A DNA stretch of 64,000 nt from Trichosphaerium sp. ATCC 40318 (taxonomy: Eukaryota > Protista > Tubulinea): NCBI GenBank assembly GCA_038496445.1, contig JALMLS010000552.1, positions 102,996 to 166,995 of the forward strand. Reading direction: 5' to 3'. How positions within the stretch are numbered: the first letter of the stretch is position 1; each line of letters opens with the position of its first letter. This document shows positions 23,560 to 35,569 of this stretch, piece after piece. The position numbers were made by a program, and so were the translations under genes. The notes beneath the pieces are model-generated. The model did not search any database and had not been told where the DNA came from. It saw nothing but the letters and a program-made list of their open reading frames with translations.

Positions 23560-25522
23560 ATGATTGCAACTACAGATGATAGTAGTGAAGAACAAGAGAC
23601 GCTCCTCGATAGCGGTCCGCCACAAGATAAAGGCTATGCTTGGGTTATACTCGTGGCTTGTTTTTATGCCAATTTCTCTATCTATGGCATCGTGTATATG
23701 TTTGGACAGCTTCTTACAGATATAACAAGTACGTCATTCAAAGTCTCCAAGTACGCTTGCCAAAAACTATTGCAACAGTCTTTTCTACGCCAGAAACGAG
23801 TTTTTACGGCACTTGCGACGTATTTGACTAACTTAAAACAAATATCGAACTAACATGTTTCAAAGAGGAATTTAATCAAGGAAGAGCTACGGTATCATTA
23901 GTACTCACTCTATTGATGGTCATGGTACGTCTTTTCACATCGTTTAATGACATCAGTAACAGAATTTGACAGTCAAATTCTCCGTTTCCCACTTTTAGTC
24001 CCAAATTCCGCGGATATTTATTTAATCTTCCTCTAGCAATTCGCTTTTACACCTATATGGGGATTCTTGGCGGCTAAAATAAGCTACAGAGTAGTTGGTG
24101 TTATTGGCTCTATTTTAGCGACAATTGGACTTTTTACAGCTTCTTACTCGCCAAATTTGCCGATAATGTTTTTGACTTATGGCTTTATCATGGGACTTGG
24201 TGGTAGTGCTATTGGTATCCTAGCAGACTCTACAGTTCCTCAATGGTTTACTAAGTACAGAGGCCTTGCGTATGGCATTGCTAAGTCAGGTGAGCTTTTT
24301 AATAAGAAAAGTTTAAGAAAACGATTGTGATTTGTTTCGTACTTATTTTCGTTTAGGCGTCGGTCTTGGAAACTTGGTGTTTCCTCCTTTGATAGCTTTT
24401 CTTAGTAAGAAATTTGGGTGGAGAGATGGCTTAAGAATAATGACAGTGATTCCTTTACTTATGATACCAGCATCCTTCTTTATCATTCCGCGTGTTAAAA
24501 TGGTTGGAAAAAAAACATTAGAACTTAGCCTTTTTAAGGATACTCGGTTTATAATCCTTTTTATTGCAATAGTTGCAATGGCATTCGGTTATATGATACC
24601 ATATGCTCACATTGTAGCGGTAAGTAGTTCTTTATAAACTTGTTATGAGTCAAAAGACTTATAATTCATTTAGGATGGTGAAGATAAAGGCATGTCCGAG
24701 TTTGAAGCTTCTTTTCTTCTTGCTGCTATTGGAGGCGCATCAGCTGCTGGTAGAGTCGCTCTTGGCTTTGTTGCAGATTATATAGGACAGAGTCGTATAC
24801 TTCTTGCAAGTCTTGCGTTCATGTCTGTCATTACAACTGCTTGGCCTTGGCTTAACACTTTCCCACTACTTTTGGCTTATGGCATTCTTTACGGATTTAC
24901 TTCTGGTTCAGTAATAACAAACGTTGCACCTTTCGTCGCAGAACTTTTTGGAACAGGTACACAACAAAAAAATCACGTGATTTTTTGAATAATAATACAA
25001 TTTACTTGTTGTATCTCCTATGTGGTCACAAGCGTACTGGAGTGCGCTAAAATCAATTCTTCACAAATCCTAGGATTTTTTTCCTTTTTTTTTTGTCACG
25101 TGATATTTTGTTGTTTTATTCAACATTCTAACTGCCTCGTTATTAGAAAATCTCGCTGTAGTTCTGGGCATGTTGTGGTTTTCTTGGACAGCTCTAGGAG
25201 GTGGTCCTCCTGTTGCTGGTCTTATCTATGATTCATTCGGTTCTTATAAAGTTGCTGGTGCTATGTCATCTGCTGCTTTCATATTTTCTTTCATTCTCCT
25301 ATGTTTCATAAAACAAACATCTCCGAAACCTATGAAGGTATTTACACATAAATTATATTATCTTTTAGATATGTAGCTGCATGTTTGTGTACTAACGGCT
25401 TTTGTCACTAGGATTTCGAGGAAAGTGTAAAAATGTCCGAAAAAAATCTAAAAGTAACTAAAGATTCAGATACTGTATCATTGATAGAGTCTGTTACAAC
25501 TTCATCTGAAAGTGATATTTGA
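23560..25522 (+). CDS. MFS transporter, monocarboxylate transporter (SLC16)-like
   Basis: PPQDKGYAWVILVACF, QWFTKYRGLAYGIAKSG, FGWRDGLRI, GRVALGFVAD, GPPVAGLIYDSFGSY. Confidence 0.9.
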
Positions 25523-26116
25523 GTGGATATGCTTATCTATCTATTCATTTAAGAACGTCTTGTATATACAACTCCTTTGAAATGTAAATAAAACAACAGA
25601 AAAACATAAATTTATTGTAATCAAACTTGAGCGTGTTCTGGTGCTTAACTGTTTCAAACCTTGAAACATAAGTCCTCTAGATTGAAGTCACTATAAGGAT
25701 CGGCTATTGAAAACATCCAACAGGTTCTGGGCAATCATTAGTCCCTTACAAACAACTCCTTATGACAACCGGTTTTTTTTTCGGAAAAAGCGTTGTTTTT
25801 CTGTAAAGAGCTATCTATCGTAAACTGTAGTTTCGAAAATGTAAGGTTCTTCATGTAAAAACAGACGTCATTAGTCTTGTGTAGCAACAAAAAAAAAACT
25901 CAAAAAAAAAAATCAATCATCTCTCGTCATGTGATTGAAACTGTTTCTCAATTACATTTGGAAAACTTGCTCAAGCAATAGATAATTGCTCTTGGATTGC
26001 ATAAAACGTATTTTAAGTGATCGAGATATCCTACCAGTGCATTAAAAAACAGATTGCACAACAAAAAAATATAAAAACCGATTAAAGCATTACATTGTAT
26101 TCTACACAAGAAAATA

Positions 26117-27281
26117 ATGCGTAGAGCAACAATAGCACCAATCGAATGCTTTTCATCATTATTTACAGTGATGGGACCTTGGTTGACTCCCTGTACATCA
26201 CCGAAAAGGTTATCGGTAAATACTTTGAAACGTCTTAAGCTGCCAAAGAAGAAACACAACATGAGCAACAATAAGCACAACTGATAATAGTACGTTACCC
26301 ACGTGGTCTTTCAATGGTTATTTTTGTTAACGACTCTTAGAAAACGAAGCTATCACCCCTCAGCGTGGAACATCAAATGGACCTCAAATAACCTGTACGA
26401 ACACTTTACTCTCAGTTTACAACTTTCGTAAACTGTTTTGTTAACGGATTTAGTCAACGCTGATTTACAGCCCAGAGCGCAAGAGGGACAGTGCGCTTAC
26501 CAAGCAGCTTTAGCGTACGCAAAGTTTTTTTGGTTATTTTGTTTTCAGCTGTCACTTTTTTTGATGGCTTTCGCAAAATAAAACTTGTTGTTTACTTATT
26601 GTAGTGCCACTCCTAATTTTACAACTGTACCAGACCGAAATGGTAACCGCCACGGGGATCAAGGCAAATACGTTGGTTTGTTTGGCGGGACTAAGTATAC
26701 CCAATCAGCACGTATGTTGTGCATAGCTTTTCGCCATTTGGTGAACTATACAAGCTACGAAATGCATCAGTGGACCGGTGACCACTCTAAGATACGGGAT
26801 ATTCCCGGGTGGTACAAATTTCTTCAAAAGCCGCAAAATCGGTTCCTTCTTTTGGAAAAGTTCATGGGGTTGGATGGCAACGAAGAGTACTCGTTGATAT
26901 TGTGCCTTTACACTATCGCTAAGAACCGCCACGTGATTGCACACGATGCTGAGCACCCTATTGACCCAGCCGAGCTGTTTGATTTTGATAAGTTCGTCGC
27001 TCAGTCAGTAGAGCTAGTAAGAGAATGTTTCCATCGTCTTGGCTTTGCCGTACCACGTGAACTATTGCCTGCTCAGTTCGAAAATAGTGCGTATTCTTTT
27101 GGGGTTTTTTTGGATTTTAACTTGTTTTATAGCGTGCCTGCGACTCATCAGAGACGAGTGTAAGCAAAAGCGCTTTAGTAATAACGAGCATCCTAAAAGG
27201 AAATCGTACAAAGCTCAAGGCTGCACGTCGCCAACCAGTGCTCAGCAGGATACAACAAGAACGATGTTCTTGTGCAAATAA
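26117..27281 (+). CDS. Second Swt1-like HEPN-domain gene (exon 1 out of frame: pseudogene or assembly error)
   Basis: Same intron positions as 5396-6646. Contains IRDIPGWYKFL...NRHVIAHD (RxxxxH at 26927-26944). Confidence 0.55.
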
Positions 27282-27356
27282 GTCTGTAAAACGCTGCAGA
27301 GACAGTAAAGACGATGCAGACTATAAGCTTCCTCAAAAAAAACAAAAAATACAAAA

Positions 27357-27685
27357 TGTAAGAGATGTTGTAACACTTGTGTAAATAGTTAAATCTGTTT
27401 ATTACATGACTTGTTACAATGTCTCAAATGAGCGTTTCTAGTAAGTGAGTGTATCTCGTGGTGTATCGAACAACCAGAATAGACTTCGAGTGAACAGGTT
27501 TTGTAGTATAAGCTTTCCAATACACTATAGCCATGAATAATAGTTGACATAGTCCACACGGAACATCACGGACCAATAGCTAGACATGGCGAGTGAAGGA
27601 GCATGGCACTCTTTCACAAAATAAGCTATCAAGCCAGCATAAGTCTAAATCATCCTTAAAGGTCACGTGACGCATGTATATGACA
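27357..27685. repeat. Second copy of the 12437-12815 dispersed repeat
   Basis: Colinear similarity with shared end sequences. Confidence 0.85.
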
Positions 27686-28166
27686 CAAAACCATTAATAA
27701 GGAGCATAGCTCTTTTGTTTTTGTATTCAATCAACACTAGTAATAAATATAAATAGAATCACTTTTTTATTTTTATCTTCGTGAGTTTTCATAGAATGTC
27801 AATTCTCATTGCTGGTTTCGTCACAATGCGAGGTGTAGGTAACTATGTATAAGTTACTCAGGTTCGGTTACAAAACCACAAGAAGAGCAACTCCAAAATT
27901 GGAGGTAACTACCGTTTCCGATAAAAAGTCACGTACTTGGAGAATGTCATGCAAGTCGTTTTTTGTACTACTAGCATGTCTCATTGATAGGATCCAGCTG
28001 ACATTGGTTTAACTGCGCTGAAGAACTCCATCTTACGCTAAGGAATACAGTCATTCTAAGTAGATGCAAGGATGAGCCGTCGGGTTTTTTGGGGTAAATC
28101 CAGAATTCGCTGTTTTGGGGTGAAACTTCGTTATTTTTCAAAAAACAGCACCTTTCACAAAGTAAC

Positions 28167-30405
28167 ATGGACTCTGAAGAGTTTAGAAAACGTGGCCATG
28201 AGCTAATAGACCTAATTGCCGATTATATGGAAAATACTGGCAAAAAGTATGACTCACCAGTGCCAAACGTTAAACCTAATGACATAGTCAATGCTCTACC
28301 TAAAGAAGCGCCCCAAGGTACTCAATAAACATAAACAGCATTTTGTTCTTACAAAATGACATCAGAACCCGAAAAATGGGATGCTGTACGCCAAGACATC
28401 GATAGTACGTCTTGTTTGACACCTAACGTCATAATTTCACTTCAATCTTTCCAAAAGCCGTTTTAAACGCTCAAATATCGCTAGAGCTGATCATACCAAA
28501 CGTAACACACTGGCAACACCCAAAGTTCTTCGCTTTCTTCCCTCATAACAACTCCTATCCTTCTATTCTCGGTGAGCTGTTATCTGCAGGTCTTGGTATA
28601 CAAGGTATGATGTGGCAAACATCACCAGCAAGCACAGAGCTTGAAACGGTACTTTTTTTTAAACCAAACGTTATGATTTTTTTCTTGTTTTTAAAGGTTG
28701 TCTTCTTAGACTTGTAGGTCGTTATGGACTGGCTTGGTAAAATACTTAAGCTTCCATCAACATTTTTGAACTCAGAATCTGATCGTAAGGGTGGAGGTAT
28801 AATCCAAGGGACTGCCTCAGAGACGACTCTTGTGAATTTGGGTGAGGCTCTTTTTTTGATGGTTAATTTATTAATCATGGACGTTAATAGTTGCTGCACG
28901 TAATCGCACTTTGAAACGATGTCCTAAGGAAGCTACGCATGGTAATATAGTAGTATATGCTTCAGATCAAGCACATAGTAGCGTTAGGAAGGCATGTATT
29001 ATAGCAGGAGTTCCGCTAGAGAATTTCAGGTACAGTGCTTTTTTTTCTTTTGTTATTCGTGTGATGCTTTCTCACATAGAAATGTTGTTTAGAGTTCTAG
29101 AAAGTAATGAAAGAGGAGAGATGAAACCAGAATCGTTAGAAAAAGCAATAAAAGTGAGTAGATTGTTGTGAGGATGAAAACAAATTCCAATTTTTTTCTT
29201 TATTTTTTTTTAGGCTGATTATAAAGCCGGTTTGTTCCCTTGCTATGCTGTTGCAACGATTGGTACAACTGGAGTGACCGCAAATGATCCTATTCAGGCT
29301 CTAGGAGAAGTCAGTACGTTCATACCGTTTGGAACAAGGATTCAACCCGAACACAGTGTCTTGTGCTAAAATCGTCATTTACTAACAACCTATGTAGCTC
29401 AACGCCATAATGTATGGCTCCATGTAGATGCAGCGTACTCTGGTGCAGCTTGTATCTTGGATGAGTATAGACCATACCTTAATGGCATTGAACTTGCTGA
29501 CAGCTTCAACTTTAACCCTCACAAGTGGTTGCTAGTTAACTTTGATTGCTCAGCTCACTGGTAAGCTCATAGGTGCTACGTGAAATTAAACTCACATGCA
29601 GGGTAAGAGATAAACAAGCGCTAGTAGATGCCATGTCTGTAACTGCAAGTTACTTACGAAACCCAGCATCAGATTCAGGTTTGGTATGCGTTTTGATGTT
29701 CATTTTTTTCTTACTCAGTTTTTTCTCGTTTACAATGGCTTAGGTGAATGACTTTCGAGATTGGCAAATACCTCTAGGTAGAAGATTTAGATCGTTAAAA
29801 CTGTGGTTTGTTATGAGATTATATGGTGTAAAAGGAATGCAAAATTTTGTAAGACAACACTTGGAATGGGCTAAACAAGTTGAAAAATGGGTACAAGAAG
29901 ATGATAGGTTTGAGTTAGTTGTACCAAGAACTACTGCGATGATTGTTCTACGTATAAAGAATGCTAATGATGATATTCAACAAAAACTTATTGAACACGT
30001 GAACAAGAAAGGGTTCTATGTCATTGGCAATGTATTCAAAGGTAAGCCTTTTTGCTTTTTTTTTTTGAAATCGTTCCAACTCGGTCTTGTCATCATTAAC
30101 TTAAGAAAGACCTTGTACTTTAATCGCCAATAAAAACCGGTATTTTAAATTGGTGGTTATATTTGGACTGCATGATTTAAGAAACCTTACAACTCAAGCT
30201 TATGTTCTCGACCAGTAAGTTAATTGATAATTTTTAGGACATTGGGTTTTAAGATTCATGATTGGTACACGGTCAACAACATTTGCTGTATGTACATAGG
30301 TTTAAATCATACTATCAAATTAACTTGGTTTACCTTGTTAAGGATATTAAAGCACTATGGACATGCATAAAAGAAGGCGCTGAGAAATTATTGCAAACAA
30401 CATAG
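28167..30405 (+). CDS. DDC: Aromatic L-amino-acid (DOPA/tyrosine-type) decarboxylase, group II PLP enzyme
   Basis: [67 protein letters not shown] (PLP lysine), [18 protein letters not shown]. Confidence 0.95.
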
Positions 30406-30573
30406 CAAAGAACATTTTAAATGACTTACAAGTGTATAAGGGCAATTCAGAAGACATGGTATTCACAAAAAAGTGAACTAATGTATATTTGAGCCCTGGT
30501 GCAATAAAAGCAAGAAGTATCGTTTGAGGTATAGCACAGTTTTGTTAGTTCTTGAAAGGTTCCAGATCGACTC

Positions 30574-30662
30574 TACATGTGGTTCCAGTTGCGTTCCGTG
30601 TTTTTAAAATCGTTTAAACTTAAGGAATAACTCGAGTTACATGTGGTTCCAGTTGCGTTCCG
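30574..30662. repeat. Perfect 25 bp direct repeat (tacatgtggttccagttgcgttccg) separated by 39 bp
   Basis: Copies at 30574-30598 and 30638-30662. Confidence 0.9.
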
Positions 30663-30850
30663 CCGTGTGCCGTTAATGTGCCATGTTGAGTGTGATGTTT
30701 CATGTTGTTAATATCTGAGTTAGTTGTACAGCATTACAAGAACGGCGACCACTATGTGCACTTTTGCGTTTACTATGGTTGACGGGCTGTTCAGAGTTTC
30801 TGGTAGCTCACAATGGTACGGCAATACGTTATCATTAAGTTGTAACGCGT

Positions 30851-32394
30851 ATGAGCGAGGTATGCGAGTTTTGTGTGGATTATTGGGATTTACAAGCATT
30901 TAGACTCAAAAAGAGCACTACAGGCAAATTCTAGGCGAGAAGTTTAAAGAAACAACTTATGGCCGTTCAGAAGATACTAAAAGTGATGAAATAACACGTT
31001 CTCTGGCAGAACTGGATGAAAAAGGGTTTATTGTACTGAAAAACGCTTTAAATGAAAAAGAAATTCTCCAGCTACGAACGCGTCTTGAATACGGCAAGAA
31101 AAACGTACACACCGGCTTTCTCACGTTATTTTAATGTTCTACAAGGGATGGTACAACGGTGTAAATAAAGTCGGCAACATGTGGTACAATACCCGCTCTC
31201 TTTGGTACAAAACGCTTATTCTACGCGCTGTAGGTTCGATTCCTTGCTCAATCAAGATCCAGAAACTTTTACTCAGCTTATTTGCCATCCATCATCTCGA
31301 GCTCACTTATACGGTACGCAAGCGCATTTGTGATACTTGTAACACGCGTTAAAACCAGTTCTGTGATTTTGCAACGATACAGTTTATTGTTTGAAAAAAA
31401 TGGTTCTTACTTACTTCTAACTTCTTCTAGGCTTGCTTGGAAGACAATGTCAAGTTCGTAGTATGAGAGGACATATAAACCCTGGTGCTTATAACCAAGA
31501 GTGGCATTTAGACTTTTATGGGTACGTAGAAAGCTATCTGTATGGCTAACAAATCGGATTACACGTGAACCTTTTTCAATCGTAATTGATGTTGGCTTTT
31601 TTTTTTCTTGATTTTTTCTTGTGCTTTATCCTCACGTATAGATTTTAGTTACTGGGAAGAAAAAAGGTTTTCAGAACAAAGTAAATATGGTGTAACACCG
31701 GTAGCAGTAAATACTACTTTTTACCTTTATGATAACGGGCCAGAACTCTCATGTTTAAAATTTGTAAAAAAGGTACCCTTACACAAAAAAAAAAAGAAAT
31801 CATGCTTTAACACCACGTGAAACTTCATGAGTAATTTTCCATTTATTAATCTTATATATGTTATTCTAATTATTGCCTTTAGGGACACAAAAAGGAGCCA
31901 CCACATTTGTATCCGTTAGATAAAGAAAATTTTCAAAAATGGTGTGATGACCAGGAACAAGTTACAATCTATCCTAAAGCAGGTGATTGTGTTTTATTTG
32001 TTAGTCACATACCTCACAAGGTACTAAAACATTTACTTACATCTTTTCCTTTAAACTTTTTGTGAAAGTACACGTCACTTTTTTCGTTTTGTTGTTGAAA
32101 AAAACTCTAACTCCTCCTCGTTTAAGGGATTAAAAATAGCCCCAGAAAGTCCTCGTTCAAATATTGTTGTACACTATCAATTATGTCCGATGTATCAAGG
32201 TACAAAACTGCACAAACCCTAAAATTCTTCCTGTTTTTTTGGTTTGGTTATTCATTTATTCTTGTTCAGGTATTTGGCATGTATCTTGGCCACTTGGATT
32301 CGCTAATACTTTTCCTTTTGCTGTTGATAATGAACCTTATTATCATAGACAAGAGAAGCCCGATTATGTAAATAAGGACGGTATTGTAATGTAA
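30851..32394 (+). CDS. PhyH-family Fe(II)/2-oxoglutarate dioxygenase
   Basis: LDEKGFIVLKNALNEKEI, QEWHLD (HxD) and PKAGDCVLFVSHIPHKG (distal His). Confidence 0.8.
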
Positions 32395-32835
32395 AAAAAA
32401 ACAAACTTAAAATTGTCATTCAAGCGCAAGTTGAAACCATTTCATTGCCTGCTGGGTCTTTTAACAAGACTGAATCTATGTTTGGGGTTATTCTACATGC
32501 GTTGAATTCTTCGCAAATTCATACGCTTAGCAGTGGAGCCAACTGTTGATGTGCAGAAGGTAGAATTCTTCAATACTGCAAAAACTCCCAAATTATTTCT
32601 ACAATAACACAGCCCAGGCAGTTAAATTGATCAATAAGCCAGCGGTGAGGGTACTTGGTTCGTGTTTTAAGTGTTAATGCAAGTCCCTCAAGCATTAAAA
32701 AGGGTCATATGAACTCATCACGTTTGACGTTTTTTGCGAATCTTGTAGGAACAAATCTGATTCACTGAAAAACAAACTTCAGATGAAGCACTTAGTTCAA
32801 AAAATAACTTAAAACAGTTCATACAAATTACTACA

Positions 32836-34063
32836 ATGCAAACATACTTAGATAATGCGATGTCTTTTGGTACTGACTTGCTTCTTGGAGGTATAGCAGG
32901 ATCAATCTCAAAGGTTAGTAGCAAGAAAAAAAAACTCAAAGCAATCGTTTGTTTTGCTTACAATTCTTCCCATAGACTATCAACTCACCTCTTGAGGTGA
33001 TAAAAATAAACCTTCAAACAAAACCAACAGAGTATAAAGGTATAATTGACTGCGCAAAAAAGACATATACTAACGGAGGGTAAGACTTTTGTGAACTGTA
33101 TCTGTTTTTTGTATTCACACTTTTTTTGTTTAGGATACGTGCTTTCTGGGCTGGGAACTTGACCAATGTTGCGAGATACTTTCCTACCCAAGGATTAAAC
33201 TTCGCTTTCAAGGATGCTTACAAGCCATTCTTTGTTGACTCTCAAAAGGAGTACGGCCACTATGAGATGGTGAGTAGGAGAAAGTTGTTTTAGAATGTGA
33301 TTTCTAAATTCTATTTTTAGGCGGCACGTAATATGGCAGTAGGAGGCTTGGCAGGTGGTTCTTCGTTGTCTTTTGTTTACTCATTGGATTTGGCAAGAAC
33401 CAAGCTATCCCGTGATGTAACCAAGTCGGAATTCAATGGGAAACTTACCAACGTCTTCAGAAAGACATACAAAGAAGGAGGTAAGTGCTTTGTGAAAAAT
33501 CCTTCTTCGCACTCATAATGTTCTTACAACTATTCTAGGATTTCCTGCTTTTTACCGCGGATTCGGAATATCTCTTGTACGGATATTGATTAGGTTGTAC
33601 TTCTCCTAACTTTATGGTAGGTCGGAATTGTTCCATACCGTGCCATCTACTTTGGTGGATATGATACTATGAAACAAATATTCCTCAAAGACGAAGAATC
33701 TAGTAGTTTCTTTAAAAAATGGTCAATCGCTCAAGGAAATACTATCATTGCTCAATTCGCAACATACCCTATTGATACCATAAGACGTACTCAAATGACT
33801 CAAGGAAATACAATGTACGAAAAACAAAATCTCTGAAAAAAAAAAAAACTTGCCTTAACTTTCTTCAAGGTACCATACTGCTAAGAGTATCTACAATGAA
33901 CATGGCGTAAAGGGATTGTATAAGGGCGCTGGAGCGAATACTGTTCGGTACGTAAAACTTGTCAATAGTCGTGAGTGATATCTAAAAATATCTTTCTAGC
34001 TCTGTTGGAGCTGCACTTTGTATTGTTCTCTATGACGAGCTTTCTGATATCTTTCAACACTAA
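32836..34063 (+). CDS. Mitochondrial carrier, ADP/ATP translocase-like (divergent; start uncertain)
   Basis: [76 protein letters not shown]. Confidence 0.9.
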
Positions 34064-34399
34064 ACCAGCCTACTTGGTATGACACAAAACCTCTTTTTAT
34101 CAAAAACAACACCAACCATTCCGGTATACATCTACAACCAAACTAAAACTAAACTCTATATACTTTGTGTCTAAACAACAATACGCAATAAATTCGTGAC
34201 CTTCTCAAACTCACGTGCCTCTGTCCTCTAATAGTCTGGATATCATCCAGTGCTTTCATGGAACTACCATACCTAGAAGTTTATGTACAAGAATTCACCA
34301 AAAACAAAGCATAGTGATTGTAGGTAATCAACAAAGTCAACTTAGTCCTAAATGTTTTTAACCATCACCAAAAACTACTTAACATAACATGTATGAGGT

Positions 34400-34801
34400 T
34401 TATTTAGGTGGGTATTCGTCAAATTTAGGAACATTTTCAGGCACTGTATGATGCGGTTTAAGCGACTTGCACCAAATTGCAACTTGAGGTTTGAAGATAG
34501 ACTTATCATCAAGTGAGCCCACATTTACGCCAATCATTGGATGTTTTGGGTTACTTGCTATCACATTCGTTCCGCAAAGTTTGCAAAACTTTCTTATGCA
34601 CTTTGGAAGGCTGTATACAGTTAAGAAATCGTCTCCTTGAGTTATTTGTACATCATCAACGCCTACTACGACAGTGCCAACACTAAAGCCACCTCCGAGT
34701 GTTTGACATTGAGTACAATAGCAAATAAGAGAGTACATAGGCTCCTTCTTGAGTTGGTATCGTACTTTACCACAGAGGCATCCACCTTGCATATTCGACA
34801 T
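34400..34801 (-). CDS. GFA/CENP-V family Zn-binding protein
   Basis: GGCLCGKVRY, CYCTQCQ, RKFCKLCGT. Intronless; ATG at 34801. Confidence 0.9.
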   Translation of the reverse strand: MSNMQGGCLCGKVRYQLKKEPMYSLICYCTQCQTLGGGFSVGTVVVGVDDVQITQGDDFLTVYSLPKCIRKFCKLCGTNVIASNPKHPMIGVNVGSLDDKSIFKPQVAIWCKSLKPHHTVPENVPKFDEYPPK

Positions 34802-35569
34802 TGTTGTTGCTATTGTTGGCGTTGTTTTGTTGATTACTAGAGCAGAGCTTAAACTAAAGTGACGTTCAATTCTGCTAGCAGGCACCAGCACTAAACTTGG
34901 CCAAACGCACGTTTTTCGCACGTGATCTTATTCGGGCATGCGAACGTTCTATGTTAACGTACCAAATCTGCAGTTAACACAAAAAACTTGGGCTACAAGT
35001 GTTAACGGCTCATTTCTCCTCACAACGCTCTTCGTTGGTTCGTGTTACCGTTTCATGCGAATATCGCTCAGTGAGCACGCTTCAGACCGCCAGGAAGTAA
35101 TTGCCACTATTCCTTCTTCAAGTTGATTATGAAGGTATTGTGTATGATGTTAAAGTATAAAGGAACATTTCCGCTCTCATTGCGACGCTGCCAGCCATTT
35201 GTTAGATATTTTGTGTTCTAACCGCTTTCATACGTCTCTTTGTCACTGTTTCGCACACACTAAACACCAGTGTGGTGTACAAACGTATTCAATTAGTTTT
35301 CTGAAACTCACTTGTAAGTTACCCCGCAAAGGATGAAAATCGATAATGGAGACACTGCATGGCGCTAAACGAGCAGTAGCGAGCACTCAAACACAAAAAA
35401 ACAACTTGTAGTGCAGCTTTTGACGTATCTGTGTACACAAGAACAACGCATAATAGCGTTGGACTAGCCCCGTTATGTCACGTAATGTTTGAGTACTCAA
35501 GTGCGAAAACTCATAAATTTGCAGCTTTTCCATTCAGCTTTATAATAACAACTCTTCCCACTCTACAAA

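Noticed and set aside
30574-30662. CRISPR-like repeat-spacer-repeat
   Set aside because: Only two repeats, no cas genes, and a eukaryotic context.
31225-31250. B-box-like ggttcgattcc
   Set aside because: It is a splice acceptor plus coding sequence (W-F-D-S) of the dioxygenase, with no cloverleaf.
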